From Candidatus Omnitrophota bacterium (lineage in GTDB: Bacteria > Omnitrophota > Omnitrophia > Omnitrophales > JACQLI01), in the NCBI GenBank assembly GCA_016179745.1, contig JACPCP010000019.1:3190-67189 (forward strand): 64,000 nt of DNA, in the 5' to 3' direction. Shown one piece after another: positions 1-9,600 of the stretch; the stretch's first letter is position 1, and every line of letters starts with the position of its first letter. The notes below the pieces were generated by a model. It was not told the DNA's origin, did not search any database, and worked only from the letters and a program-made list of their open reading frames with translations. Made by a program: the position numbers and the translations under genes.

Positions 1-320
1 TGCAAAGAAAGCAGAAAAACTACGGCCAGTGTGAGATGTCCTGTCCTTTTTAATCTTCCGCTCGTTCCGGTTTTTTCTTTCACCGTGATCAGGGTTCTCC
101 TAAGCTGCTATTAACAACTTTAACCATGCCCCAAAAATAGGCATAAAAAAAATCCGTGAAGACAGTCGATCTATTCGTATTCTCCTCTGCCTTTCTCCTA
201 TCTATTTTGACATCGAAAAGATAGCTTACGCTTAATACTTTGTCAACCGCTTTAGTAACAAAGCCCGCCAAGCATCCTCCCCTAAGCAGGATTCCCCCCA
301 AACGAAATGCCGGGCATGCG

Positions 321-1361
321 CTAGGCACGATTTATGACCTCGATAAGCTGGCGTAGCCTTGAAAAATCCCGCCGGTTAAAGTCAAAGACCAACCGGGCCA
401 AAGAGAAGGTTTCAGGCTCATTCCCTTCCTCGGGAAGGGGACTTTCAACCCTTTGAAACTGGCCCCGGCGCAGGATCCTCCGAAAATCCCGGTTGAGCAG
501 ACGGATCTCGGCCTCCCCCAGTGGCCGTGCCATTCGAATGACAAGCTTATCGCCAACAAACCTCAGAGAGTGGTAATTCTGGTAGAAACCGGTGATCGCT
601 TCGACGGCTTCCCGGATATCGTGAGTGAAGGTAATTAGATCGAGGTCCTCGGGGTCAATCATGCCCTCTCGAAGCAGGGACCGTTCCGCCCACTGCCGCC
701 ACGAGGACCAATAATTGGAACCGGGCGGGTCGATGCAGATGATCGGCCGGGGCCCGGTCTTTCCGGTTTGGACCAGGGTCAATGTCTCGAAACCCTCATC
801 GTGGGTCCCGAAACCGCCGGGGAAAAGGATCGTGGCATCGGACTCTTTGAGGAAGATCAGTTTGCGGGTAAAGAAATATTTGAAATTGATAAGCTTTCGG
901 TCTTTTGCAATGATCGGGTTGGCTTCCTGCTCAAACGGAAGACGGATATTGACGCCGAAACTTTTCTCCCGGCCGGCGCCTTCATTGCCGGCATGCATGA
1001 TCCCGGTGGCCCCGCCTGTGATGACCATCCAGCCCCGGGCCGCAATTCGCCGCCCGAATTCCCGGGCTTGCCGGTAGGCCGGATCGGTCTTGGGAGTGCG
1101 GGCGGAGCCGAAGAGCGCGACTTTCCGGATATTTCGATAAGGGGAAAAAATTTTGACGGCGTAACGGAGTTCTTTGACGGCGGTATTGATGATCTTGAGA
1201 TCGCCCCGCCCCACCTTTTCATCGCGCAGGCGGATCACGGTCGTGACCATCTCCCGCAAAAGCTCGGTGTCGGGAGACCCCCCCGCCTTGTCAATGAGCT
1301 CTAAGATGAATTGGTCGAGCTCCGCCCGACCCGTCGTGTATTGTCGCAATCGTTCTCTCAC
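321..1361 (-). CDS. LOG/TIGR00730-family Rossmann protein (PpnN-like nucleotide 5'-monophosphate nucleosidase)
   Basis: 346-aa ORF with GGATGIMHAGNEGA and PGGFGTHDE motifs typical of the LOG / lysine-decarboxylase-like family. Confidence 0.8.
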   Translation of the reverse strand: MRERLRQYTTGRAELDQFILELIDKAGGSPDTELLREMVTTVIRLRDEKVGRGDLKIINTAVKELRYAVKIFSPYRNIRKVALFGSARTPKTDPAYRQAREFGRRIAARGWMVITGGATGIMHAGNEGAGREKSFGVNIRLPFEQEANPIIAKDRKLINFKYFFTRKLIFLKESDATILFPGGFGTHDEGFETLTLVQTGKTGPRPIICIDPPGSNYWSSWRQWAERSLLREGMIDPEDLDLITFTHDIREAVEAITGFYQNYHSLRFVGDKLVIRMARPLGEAEIRLLNRDFRRILRRGQFQRVESPLPEEGNEPETFSLARLVFDFNRRDFSRLRQLIEVINRA

Positions 1362-1374
1362 TTTGAAGGATGCC

Positions 1375-1758
1375 TGGAGCTGGCGGGACTTGCACCCGCG
1401 TCCAGAGAACCTCCCTGAAGAAGCGCTACATGCTTACCCTATGATTTGATCTCGTTCCCAAAACTCCCATAGAGAGGATTTTTCGGAACCAGCTTTCATT
1501 CGGCTGAGTCCAGGCCCTGAAAGCGATTGCCTGAACCGAGCCCGTTGATTCGTCACCCCAAGAGGCCCACGGGCCGAAGCCCCCAGAGATGTCGCCGTAC
1601 TTTAGACGGCGAGAGGAAGAGCGACCGGTCCGAAAGACCGATTCGCCCAGCTGAGTTTATCAGCTTTTATTGTAGTGTGAGGTGTTTCACGAGGCCTCCT
1701 CACAACCTCGGCATGCTCCCCTTTCAAAGATCGATCCCTGTCGAAACTCATCAGCCCC
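1375..1758 (-). ncRNA. ssrA: tmRNA (SsrA)
   Basis: Minus-strand read starts GGGGCTGATGAGTTTCGACAGGG and ends GGACGCGGGTGCAAGTCCCGCCAGCTCCA (tRNA-Ala-like acceptor and T-arm; CCA not encoded). Lies directly downstream of smpB. Candidate tag ORF at 1602-1646 reads GCG AAT CGG ... GCC GTC TAA = ANRSFGPVALPLAV. Confidence 0.85.
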
Positions 1759-1809
1759 AAAAAACGTCATCGCAAAGACCGCGGTGACGGATGCTTCTAA
1801 AAAGCCTGA

Positions 1810-2286
1810 CTATCTTTTCTTGCCCCTAATCCTTGAACTGCTCTTAATCGCCCGGGCCGCCTCCCGGTCGGCGATTCTCCGGCGAAGCGTCTCCCTTTTA
1901 TCAAATTCCATTTTTCCGCGGGCCACGGCAATTTCGACCTTGGCCAGGCCCTTCTTGAAATAAATCGAGAGCGGAACGATGGTCCGGCCCTTCGCTGAAA
2001 CCTGCCCGCTCAGGCGGTCGATTTCATCACGCTTCAGGAGGAGCTTCCGCTGGCGGGTCGGGTCCGCCGTCCGGATATCCTGGATGTGGGAGTAGGGGCT
2101 CACGTGGCAATTAAACAGGAACGCTTCGCCCCGCACAATCCGGACAAAGCTGTCCTTTAGATTGATACGCCCTTCCCGCAAGGACTTGACCTCCGCCCCC
2201 TTCAGGGCAATACCGGCCTCATATTGGTCAAAGAGCTCGTATTTGTGGCGGGCTTCCCGGTTCGTGGCAACCACCGTCATGGACAT
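1810..2286 (-). CDS. smpB: SsrA-binding protein SmpB
   Basis: 158-aa ORF; NREARHKYEL..GIALKGAEVKSLR..HVSPY core and basic C-terminal tail; adjacent to tmRNA. Confidence 0.95.
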   Translation of the reverse strand: MSMTVVATNREARHKYELFDQYEAGIALKGAEVKSLREGRINLKDSFVRIVRGEAFLFNCHVSPYSHIQDIRTADPTRQRKLLLKRDEIDRLSGQVSAKGRTIVPLSIYFKKGLAKVEIAVARGKMEFDKRETLRRRIADREAARAIKSSSRIRGKKR

Positions 2287-2328
2287 ACCCGTAAAATTAT
2301 AACCCCAATCCCCTTTTGATAGAAATTT

Positions 2329-3201
2329 TTGTTGATTCGGCTGAAGCCCTTGCAGGACGGCCGGCTAATGTTTAAAATGCCGGTGACGATAATGAATCAA
2401 ATGTCGACTTTCCTTTTGAGTCCGATTTTGGCCCTTTTCAGCCTGAAGTTTTACCGCCAGGCCCTGACCGCTCCAGTCTACCGGGGTTTTCTTTACCTCG
2501 GATACCTGAGTTTTCTCCTGGCCCTTTATGGAATGATCCTTTTCCGTATCCAATGGATGCCGGCGGCCAATGAATTCGTGGGCTGGCTCAAACAGAATCT
2601 CCCGGAAATGACCTTGACCCGCCAGGGCCTCGAAATGAAAATTGCAGAGCCCCGTCTCCTCACCCATTCCCGATGGGGGGCTTTGATCTATTTGGACCCG
2701 GCCAAGGACTCCCCGGACCCGGCCGATTTGGAGAAGGCAGTCGTGGTGATCACCCGGACCAAAGTGGGCTACCGGGACCCGAGCACCGAAGAGCTTCGGA
2801 TCCAAAACATTGTTCAGCAAGGCAACGCGGCCAATTGGCGCAATGTTTCCTTCACGCAGGAGACAATCAGCCAGCTGTGGCGGAAACTCTCTCCCTGGCT
2901 GGCAGCCATTTTTTTCCTGACCTCTTTCGTGGGATTTTATCTTTGGAAAATGACCGCCGCGCTCCTCTACAGCTTAATCGGAATTCTCTTGAACCTTTTT
3001 CGAAAAACAAAACTTCGTTACGGTTCGATTCTGAACATCTGTTTTTATGCCCTCACACCCATGGCCCTGCTTCAAGCCCTCGTGTGGCTCTTTCCCAACT
3101 TTCCCGTCCCCGTGAATCTCCTGACCTCCCTCGCCCTCACCACGATTTATCTCGCCTTCGCGATCCTCGCCGCCCAGGAACGCGCTCCCCAGCCGCAATA
3201 A
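2329..3201 (+). CDS. multi-pass membrane protein (DUF1189-like, tentative)
   Basis: 290-aa ORF with several hydrophobic helices (FLLSPILALFSL, FLYLGYLSFLLALYGMILF, LAAIFFLTSFVGFYLW, ALLYSLIGILLNLF). Family name is from memory of similar N-termini. Start is uncertain (Met codons at 2329, 2392, 2401). Confidence 0.5.
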   Translation: MLIRLKPLQDGRLMFKMPVTIMNQMSTFLLSPILALFSLKFYRQALTAPVYRGFLYLGYLSFLLALYGMILFRIQWMPAANEFVGWLKQNLPEMTLTRQGLEMKIAEPRLLTHSRWGALIYLDPAKDSPDPADLEKAVVVITRTKVGYRDPSTEELRIQNIVQQGNAANWRNVSFTQETISQLWRKLSPWLAAIFFLTSFVGFYLWKMTAALLYSLIGILLNLFRKTKLRYGSILNICFYALTPMALLQALVWLFPNFPVPVNLLTSLALTTIYLAFAILAAQERAPQPQ

Positions 3202-3251
3202 AAACGCCGGGAGGCGGGTTTCTTTTTGGAATGGTATAATGCCCCGATTTT

Positions 3252-3335
3252 GCCGGGATGGCGGAATTGGCAGACGCGCTAGATTCAGGGTCTAGTGGCC
3301 GAAAGGCTGTGCAGGTTCAAATCCTGTTCCCGGCA
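3252..3335 (+). tRNA. tRNA-Leu (CAG)
   Basis: Hand-folded cloverleaf: acceptor GCCGGGA/TCCCGGC, anticodon stem CTAGA/TCTAG with loop TTCAGGG, long variable arm. Confidence 0.9.
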
Positions 3336-3346
3336 GCGCTAATTTT

Positions 3347-3420
3347 GGGCGGTTAGCTCAGCCGGTTAGAGCGCTGCGCTCACATCGCAGAGGTCAGAGG
3401 TTCGAATCCTCTACCGCCCA
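3347..3420 (+). tRNA. tRNA-Val (CAC)
   Basis: Acceptor GGGCGGT/ACCGCCC, anticodon stem CTGCG/CGCAG with loop CTCACAT, T-loop TTCGAAT. Confidence 0.9.
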
Positions 3421-3425
3421 AGTTT

Positions 3426-3983
3426 CTAAGCGCGGGAGACGTAGGTGCCGGTCTCAGTGTTGACCTTGATTTCGGTCCCTTCGTCGATAAAAATCGGCAC
3501 CTGGACCTTCAGGCCGGTCTCACACACGGCGGGCTTCATGTTGTTCGAGACCGAATCTCCTTTCACCCACGGCGGCGATTCCGTCACTTTCAACACGACC
3601 ACCTTGGGTAATTGAAGCGCCAATGGTTTTCCGTCGTGGCAAAGGATCTCCACCTCCATATTTTCCTTCAGGTAATTCCGGTCGTCACCCACGAGGGCCT
3701 CGGGGAGGGGAAAATTTTGATAGTCCTGAAGGTCCATAAAATGGAACCCTGCGGAATCGTGATAGAGGTATTGGACGGGACGGGGGTCCAGGACAGCAAG
3801 TTCCACACGGTCTTCCGAGGCAAACCGGGTCTGCGTGATCTTGCCCGACTTGAGATTTCTGAGCGAGACCTGGACAAAGCCCCGTTTGTTGCCCGGCGTG
3901 TAATGCCGCTGGTCGAGAACGAGCTGGATTTCCTTTTCGTGCAGGATCGTCATCCCCTTTCGAATTTGTGTGGCTTGAATCAT
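3426..3983 (-). CDS. efp: translation elongation factor P
   Basis: 185-aa ORF with full-length EF-P-like sequence (..RKGM.I....I..V.D..H..PGNKRGFVQV.LRNL.SGK..). Confidence 0.95.
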   Translation of the reverse strand: MIQATQIRKGMTILHEKEIQLVLDQRHYTPGNKRGFVQVSLRNLKSGKITQTRFASEDRVELAVLDPRPVQYLYHDSAGFHFMDLQDYQNFPLPEALVGDDRNYLKENMEVEILCHDGKPLALQLPKVVVLKVTESPPWVKGDSVSNNMKPAVCETGLKVQVPIFIDEGTEIKVNTETGTYVSRA

Positions 3984-3989
3984 GGCGGC

Positions 3990-4745
3990 CTATTTTAGCA
4001 TAAGGAGCGAGAGAAGCCGCCCGGTTTCCCGGCCTTCCCGCCGGGCCGAGAAAAACCGGTCGGTCGAACACGCCGTGCAAAAACCCGATTCCCTGACAGA
4101 AATCTCGGGGACACCGCACCCGTAGAGCTGGCTTTTAACTTCTCCCACCAAATCGAAATAATACCTGGAATCTCTTTCGACAACAAAATTCGGGAAGTCG
4201 TTTTTGAATTCCTTCCCGACTTCATAGCAGGAGACGCAGATGGCGGGCCCCACGGCCGCCTCCAGCCGGGCAGGACTTGTCCCAAATTCGCCCTTCATCT
4301 TTTCAACGGTCCGCTCAATAATTCCTGCTTTCGCCCCCCGCCAACCCGCGTGGCAAATTCCGATCGCAGGCGTGACCGGGTCAAACAAAAAAACCGGAGC
4401 GCAATCCGCCGTGCGGATAATCAAAGGCAGCCGGGGCTCCCGAGTCACCATTCCATCCGCCTCCAAATCGCCCGCCGGATTGAGAGACGGTGAGGCCGTA
4501 ACCGCCTTCGCCCCATGAACCTGTCTCACCGTTGAGAAGTGATCGGAAGGAAGCTTGAGGGATTCAAGGAAACGCTTCCAATCCTTGGCGGCGTCAAAGT
4601 GCCGGGTTGAAAAGACGGCCAACACCTGATTGGAGGAGGCGAAGAGATGGTAAATTTCGTTACAAGGCTGCCGGCCTCCCGGGAGAGTCCCGCCCTGCAA
4701 AGGAAGTATTTGCCTCTCCTTATTCAATCCCAAAATCTTCGGCAC
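3990..4745 (-). CDS. pgeF: PgeF/YfiH-family laccase-domain protein (peptidoglycan editing factor / purine nucleoside phosphorylase-like)
   Basis: 251-aa ORF with TADCAPVFL and ICHAGWRG motifs of the YfiH/DUF152 family; 5' end overlaps the upstream gene by 26 nt. Confidence 0.85.
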   Translation of the reverse strand: MPKILGLNKERQILPLQGGTLPGGRQPCNEIYHLFASSNQVLAVFSTRHFDAAKDWKRFLESLKLPSDHFSTVRQVHGAKAVTASPSLNPAGDLEADGMVTREPRLPLIIRTADCAPVFLFDPVTPAIGICHAGWRGAKAGIIERTVEKMKGEFGTSPARLEAAVGPAICVSCYEVGKEFKNDFPNFVVERDSRYYFDLVGEVKSQLYGCGVPEISVRESGFCTACSTDRFFSARREGRETGRLLSLLMLK

Positions 4746-6834
4746 TTAAAATCTCCTCCGCCTGCTTCATCGCCGAGTCCGCATGAAAGCGCCTGCGAAT
4801 GGCGCCGTCATTCAAATAATTATTGATCGCAATCAAGATCATGCCCTGATCGAGCGCCAAGTATTTCCGGGCGACGAGCCCGGTCTTCACGTTCACGGCA
4901 TCGTAAAACCCGTATTCGCCGTAAATATCGTAAAGCTTGATCAACCGCCGAAGGTTCTGAACGACCGCCTCCGGCGCAAACTCAAGCGCCAACGCACTCG
5001 CATGCGGCGTCACAATGCCCGCCGGATATCCTTTCGTTCCGAAAGGGGTTGCTCCAAATTCCGAGTAACCGCCCTCCGGGACCGAACTCGGAGACATCCC
5101 CCAAACCGGCAACCCGAGCTCCTCGACGGCATAACGGATTTGTCCCTGAACGTGACGGACGTCATTCAAGCCGAGCCCCTTCGGCGCAAGGCCCTTCTCC
5201 TCCAGGACCAGGACCGGCATCAGGGCCTCAAAGGCAGCACCGCCCCAGCTCGGCACATATTTCAAATCATTCCATTCGTAATGCCCGCCGGGATAAGTGA
5301 AACCCAGTGTCGTCCGCTCCACCCGGTTCCTCGGCGGCTGGACCTGCCACGCATAATTCTCGGGAAAGGTCCTGACCAGCCCCAGAAACCAATGTTCCTT
5401 CGGCACATCACCCCGTCCAATCGCCATAAAGCTGATGGCCCGGGATTCCGAATAGAGCGGCCCGTAATTGTAGTCCGAGTAAACCCCGAGGTGATCGTAA
5501 TAGCCGTGCCTCATCTGCCTTTCCACGGAGTCGTAGAAAAATGAGAAGTTCGCTTTGGAAAGCATTGTCCCGACTCGCTCCCCGAAGACTTCCGGAAACG
5601 CATTTTTCACCACGTAAAGCCCGGCGGCGAGCCAGCCCGAGTCCACGAGCGACACAAAGTAAGTGGTCCGCTCCAGAGTCGTCGTGTCGTAATAATTGTA
5701 AAGAAATCCGCTTTCGTGGGTCTCCAACCGGTCGAGGGTATCGAGTGTCTTTTTAATCCGGGCGATCGAAACTTCCCGGGAAATGAAACCAAGGTCGTGG
5801 GCAGAGACGAGCGCCATCAAATAGAGGCCGATGTTGGTCACGTTGGTGTAATCCCCCACCCAGGTCGCTTCATCCACGGGCTTCGTTTTTCCCAATTGAA
5901 CGGTGTCCAGCGGAAGGGCGTGTTCCTGGTCCACGATCTGGTCAAAGAACCGCCACGTGTCACGGGCGACTTCCAAAAGAAAGGCCCGATCGTCCGAGGA
6001 AAATTCCTTTTTGACCGCAAGCCTCTCGGGAAACCCTCCGAGACGTTGGATCAAGAACTTGGCATACGCCACGCCTTCCAGCCGGACGGGCGTCTTTATC
6101 CCCTTCCGGGGCGGCGAGGCCACCGGAGTCGGCCCCGGTTTTCCCGTCCGCACAAAGCGAAGATTGTCCAAATAAATGACGCCGCTTTTCTTCTTCAGCT
6201 GGCGGTCCTGAAAAACCACGACAAACTCATCGAGGTCTTTTCGACTGAGGCCCGGATTTTCCCAGACTTCGGGGTTGGAAAAATCAAAGAGGCCGGTCAT
6301 CCGGTTGAGGGGGATCGACACGGTCTGCCATTCCGAAGTCACGGGCACCGCCGCCGTGCCCTTGATCTTGTCGTCTTTCAACTTGTCCTTGTATCTTTTG
6401 AGCGCCACTTTGAATTCTTGATCAAACCCCGCTTGCGAATCCCCTTTGACTTCGAATTCAAGGTGGTCGTAGGAGGCGGCGTCAAAATTCATGAGCTTGG
6501 TCCAAAAACCGTTTTGGGCAGGCAGGATTGATTTGACATCGTAGACCAGTTTGAGGCAGCGAGATGAATTCCGGGGACCGGCCATCTCCACGATCTCGGG
6601 CACGGTTCCCTGCTCCAGATCCTCCATATTGAGGTTCCAGGCCCCGCTCTCCCCGCCGAAAAGATTGGTGAAGGTGCCGTCTTCGAAATCCGAAATCAGG
6701 GCCTCCTTTTGGGAGGGACGTTCGTTCGTGCCGCCTGAGGCTGCCAGAAACACAAGACACAAACCCAAGAAAAGCCGCTTTGCCGGGCCGGACCGGAACA
6801 TAGGCCGGTTATTATAGGAAGAAAGCCTGTTCAT
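4720..6834 (-). CDS. secreted glycoside-hydrolase-like protein (N-terminal carbohydrate-binding-like module + DUF3131/GH144-type (alpha/alpha)6 domain, tentative)
   Basis: 704-aa ORF with hydrophobic N-terminal signal (LFLGLCLVFLAASGG). C-terminal half resembles 'glucoamylase family' / beta-1,2-glucanase-like proteins (..YGEYGFYDAVN..ALDQGMILIAINNYL..). Family assignment is from memory, not searched. Confidence 0.5.
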   Translation of the reverse strand: MNRLSSYNNRPMFRSGPAKRLFLGLCLVFLAASGGTNERPSQKEALISDFEDGTFTNLFGGESGAWNLNMEDLEQGTVPEIVEMAGPRNSSRCLKLVYDVKSILPAQNGFWTKLMNFDAASYDHLEFEVKGDSQAGFDQEFKVALKRYKDKLKDDKIKGTAAVPVTSEWQTVSIPLNRMTGLFDFSNPEVWENPGLSRKDLDEFVVVFQDRQLKKKSGVIYLDNLRFVRTGKPGPTPVASPPRKGIKTPVRLEGVAYAKFLIQRLGGFPERLAVKKEFSSDDRAFLLEVARDTWRFFDQIVDQEHALPLDTVQLGKTKPVDEATWVGDYTNVTNIGLYLMALVSAHDLGFISREVSIARIKKTLDTLDRLETHESGFLYNYYDTTTLERTTYFVSLVDSGWLAAGLYVVKNAFPEVFGERVGTMLSKANFSFFYDSVERQMRHGYYDHLGVYSDYNYGPLYSESRAISFMAIGRGDVPKEHWFLGLVRTFPENYAWQVQPPRNRVERTTLGFTYPGGHYEWNDLKYVPSWGGAAFEALMPVLVLEEKGLAPKGLGLNDVRHVQGQIRYAVEELGLPVWGMSPSSVPEGGYSEFGATPFGTKGYPAGIVTPHASALALEFAPEAVVQNLRRLIKLYDIYGEYGFYDAVNVKTGLVARKYLALDQGMILIAINNYLNDGAIRRRFHADSAMKQAEEILSAEDFGIE

Positions 6835-6856
6835 ATCGAGAGCCGTCTGAATGGGG

Positions 6857-7933
6857 TCAGCGGCAAGTGGCGGCAGGAAGCCCGTAGTGAGTCAATCGCT
6901 TGCAGGTCAGGGGCCCCAGGATTCCGTCCGAACGAAGGCCCGCGTGTTTTTGGAAAAGCTCGACGGCCCGGACGGTCCGGGGACCGAATTTTCCGTCCCG
7001 GGGGCCCGCAGGAATACCCGCCCGGCCGAGAGCGGCCTGAATGGCAGCCGTTTCAGAGGGCGTATATCGCCTCTGGTTGATGTGGATTTTGTAAAGGGCC
7101 ACTCCAAATTGGTAATCGAGAAGGATTTTTAAATCCTTCCACAGGCGGTGGCTCCCCAGGAGGGAGACAAAAACTTCCCGCCCCCCCATTTGAATCCGGC
7201 CGACAAAACAATGCCGGCCCTTTCGGGTGTATCCGGTCTTCCCGATGACAGTCCGGGGTGAGCGCCACAAAAGCTTGTTGTGATTCTTGAGGTGGATTCG
7301 GCGGCCTTCCAGGCTTTTGATGGTGTGAAATTTCCGGCCCAGGGAATCCACGATAAAAGGATACCTTCGCGCCTCTTTCATGATCAGCGCCAAATCATAA
7401 ACCGTTGAATACTGAAGCGCAGGCGGGAGGCCGCTCGCATTTCCAAAATGAGTGTCCCGGCAGCCCATTCGCCGGGCACGGTCGTTCATCCACCGGGCAA
7501 AATTGGCCCTCGAACCGGCCGCATAAACCCCCAGGACCTCGGCCGCATCGTTTGCCGAGCTGATCAGCGAAGCATGCAGAAGGTCCCGGACCCGGTAACG
7601 CTCTCCGGGACGAAGGTTGGCCTTGGAGGGCTCGATGGTGACCACCCAGTTTGGGATTCGAATCACGGTGTCGAGCGAAAGGTGGTTCAAAATAACGAGC
7701 GCCGTCATCACCTTCGTCGTGCTGGCCGGAGGACGGCGGACGTGGGGCGATTTGGCGTAGATAATTTTTTGAGTGGCAGCGTCGAGCAGGATGGCGGAGG
7801 GCGCTGAAATGGAAAGGGTGGGTCCCCCGCCGGAAACCGCCTGTGCATTTCCGGTTGTTGGAAGGGTCCCCACAAGGACCGCAAACATCAAAAAAACGCT
7901 GAGGGGTCGCTTATTCATAAAGGCTGTCGGCAA
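6857..7933 (-). CDS. serine-type D-Ala-D-Ala carboxypeptidase (PBP5/S11-like) with C-terminal peptidoglycan-binding domain
   Basis: Signal peptide; SxxK (ASTTKVMTA), SxN (SSAND) and KTG (KTGYT) motifs; C-terminal PG_binding_1-like repeat (GPRDGKFGPRTVRAVELFQKHAGLRSDGILG). Confidence 0.85.
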   Translation of the reverse strand: MPTAFMNKRPLSVFLMFAVLVGTLPTTGNAQAVSGGGPTLSISAPSAILLDAATQKIIYAKSPHVRRPPASTTKVMTALVILNHLSLDTVIRIPNWVVTIEPSKANLRPGERYRVRDLLHASLISSANDAAEVLGVYAAGSRANFARWMNDRARRMGCRDTHFGNASGLPPALQYSTVYDLALIMKEARRYPFIVDSLGRKFHTIKSLEGRRIHLKNHNKLLWRSPRTVIGKTGYTRKGRHCFVGRIQMGGREVFVSLLGSHRLWKDLKILLDYQFGVALYKIHINQRRYTPSETAAIQAALGRAGIPAGPRDGKFGPRTVRAVELFQKHAGLRSDGILGPLTCKRLTHYGLPAATCR

Positions 7934-7992
7934 AGGATGTTATCGGCCATTTGACGGGATGTCTTTACAAAGGAGGGCAACCCCAGAGGGTT

Positions 7993-9573
7993 CTAGGCGT
8001 AGTGACGGTAATTGATGTTTGGAAAAATGCAGTGCCTCGCCTCAAGTCCGGCAAGCCAGCCCTCCTCCACGGCGCCGTGCCGGATGGCCTCATCCAGCCG
8101 GAGAAAATTCAAAAGGTGCTCCTTCGTTCTCTTCTCGGCATAGCTCACCGCCGTCCCGGTCTTCATCATGAAGGCCCAGTCGCTCGATTCGGCCAGCATC
8201 AATTCCCGGGCCGCCTGATTGAGCGCCCGGCGGAGAAGCTCGCCCGGCTGCGTTTGGCTTTTCGCAAGCTCAGACATTTTCTCCGAGGCCTTGTGAAGAT
8301 GGCGGTAAATCCAGTCGTTGGAGCCTTCGAGCCAAACCTCGCTGTAGCCCTTGTATCCCCAGCTCGAATAGGAGGGCACGAGGGGCTGATTCCCCGGCTC
8401 CCGTTCCAAATAGTGCGGGGCCGTGATGAGCTCCAGCGTTTCCGATTCCCGCGCTATTTTTCGAATTAAATTTTCCAAAAACTCGGGGCCTTCAAACCAC
8501 CAGTGCCCGAAGAGCTCGGCGTCATAAAGGGAAACGATCACGGGTTTACGGCCGAGGCGCTCGTAAAGGAATTCTGTCTGACGTTCCCGGTTAAAAAGGA
8601 AATTGGCCGCATGCTCCTGGGCCCTGGCTTGGGCCCGGGCCGGCTCATAGGGTTCTTTATGAGAGGTCTTCCCCGTGATCCGGTAATACTTGAGACCGGT
8701 ATTGATCCGGATTCCGTCGGGATGGAGGTAGGGACGGAGGTAAGCATCATCCAGGTCAAACCCGATGTCCCGGTAAAATTCCCGGTACCAAAAGTCTCCC
8801 GGATAGCCTTCCTCAGCGCTCCAAACCTGCTTGGCGCTTTCGAGGTCCCGCCCGAAGGCCGCCACCCCCGAAGGGCAAAGGACCGGCGCATAAACGCCGT
8901 ATTGGGGCCGGGGCGAGCCGTGAAGGATTCCGTGGGCGTCGACAAAAAAATATTCAAGTCCGTTTTCTTTTAAAAGCTGATCATCGCCCGGGAAAAATCC
9001 GCACTCCGGAAGCCAGATCCCCTTCGGTTTCCTTCCAAATACCGCTTCGCAAAATTCGACGGCGGTGCGGATCTGGGCCCGGACGGAGGCCTGCGCCGGG
9101 CGCATTAAAGGAAGGTAACCGTGGGTCGCCGCACAGGTGATCAGCTCCAGGTTTCCGGCCTCCCGGAATTTTCGAAAGGCCCGGATGAGATTCCCTCCGT
9201 AACGGTTTTGAAAAATAGTGCGCACCCGGAGAAAGCGCTCGTGGTAGAGCTCGGCCAGCGGATGAAATTGGGGGCTGTTTCGGGTGCGGTCCCTTTCCTT
9301 TTCAGCCAGCTCAATCAACTTGGAAAGATGGCAAAGATACCGCTCCTGAAGAAACGAATCTTTCAACATCGTGGCAAGGGTCGGCGTCACCGACATCGTC
9401 ACCTGGAAGGGAACCGCCTCGGCCTGCAACCGGTCAAAAAGATCGATCAAGGGGACGTAGGTATCGGTGATCGCCTCAAAGAGCCAGCGCTCCTCCAGAA
9501 AATCCCGGTGCTCCGGGTGGCGCACAAAGGGCAGGTGTGCGTGAAGGACGAGTAAAAGATAACCTTTTTTCAT
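7993..9573 (-). CDS. glycoside hydrolase family 57 protein (1,4-alpha-glucan branching enzyme-like)
   Basis: 526-aa ORF; N-terminus LLVLHAHLPFVRHPE... and overall layout typical of the GH57/DUF1957 branching-enzyme group. Confidence 0.85.
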   Translation of the reverse strand: MKKGYLLLVLHAHLPFVRHPEHRDFLEERWLFEAITDTYVPLIDLFDRLQAEAVPFQVTMSVTPTLATMLKDSFLQERYLCHLSKLIELAEKERDRTRNSPQFHPLAELYHERFLRVRTIFQNRYGGNLIRAFRKFREAGNLELITCAATHGYLPLMRPAQASVRAQIRTAVEFCEAVFGRKPKGIWLPECGFFPGDDQLLKENGLEYFFVDAHGILHGSPRPQYGVYAPVLCPSGVAAFGRDLESAKQVWSAEEGYPGDFWYREFYRDIGFDLDDAYLRPYLHPDGIRINTGLKYYRITGKTSHKEPYEPARAQARAQEHAANFLFNRERQTEFLYERLGRKPVIVSLYDAELFGHWWFEGPEFLENLIRKIARESETLELITAPHYLEREPGNQPLVPSYSSWGYKGYSEVWLEGSNDWIYRHLHKASEKMSELAKSQTQPGELLRRALNQAARELMLAESSDWAFMMKTGTAVSYAEKRTKEHLLNFLRLDEAIRHGAVEEGWLAGLEARHCIFPNINYRHYA

Positions 9574-9600
9574 CGGTTTAGAATTTGAGTTTACGGATTC

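Noticed and set aside
1-320. AT-rich leader region including the 79-aa minus-strand ORF 89-328
   Set aside because: There is no recognisable protein motif, RNA fold or repeat. The ORF overlaps the LOG-gene stop and looks spurious. I cannot support any feature here.
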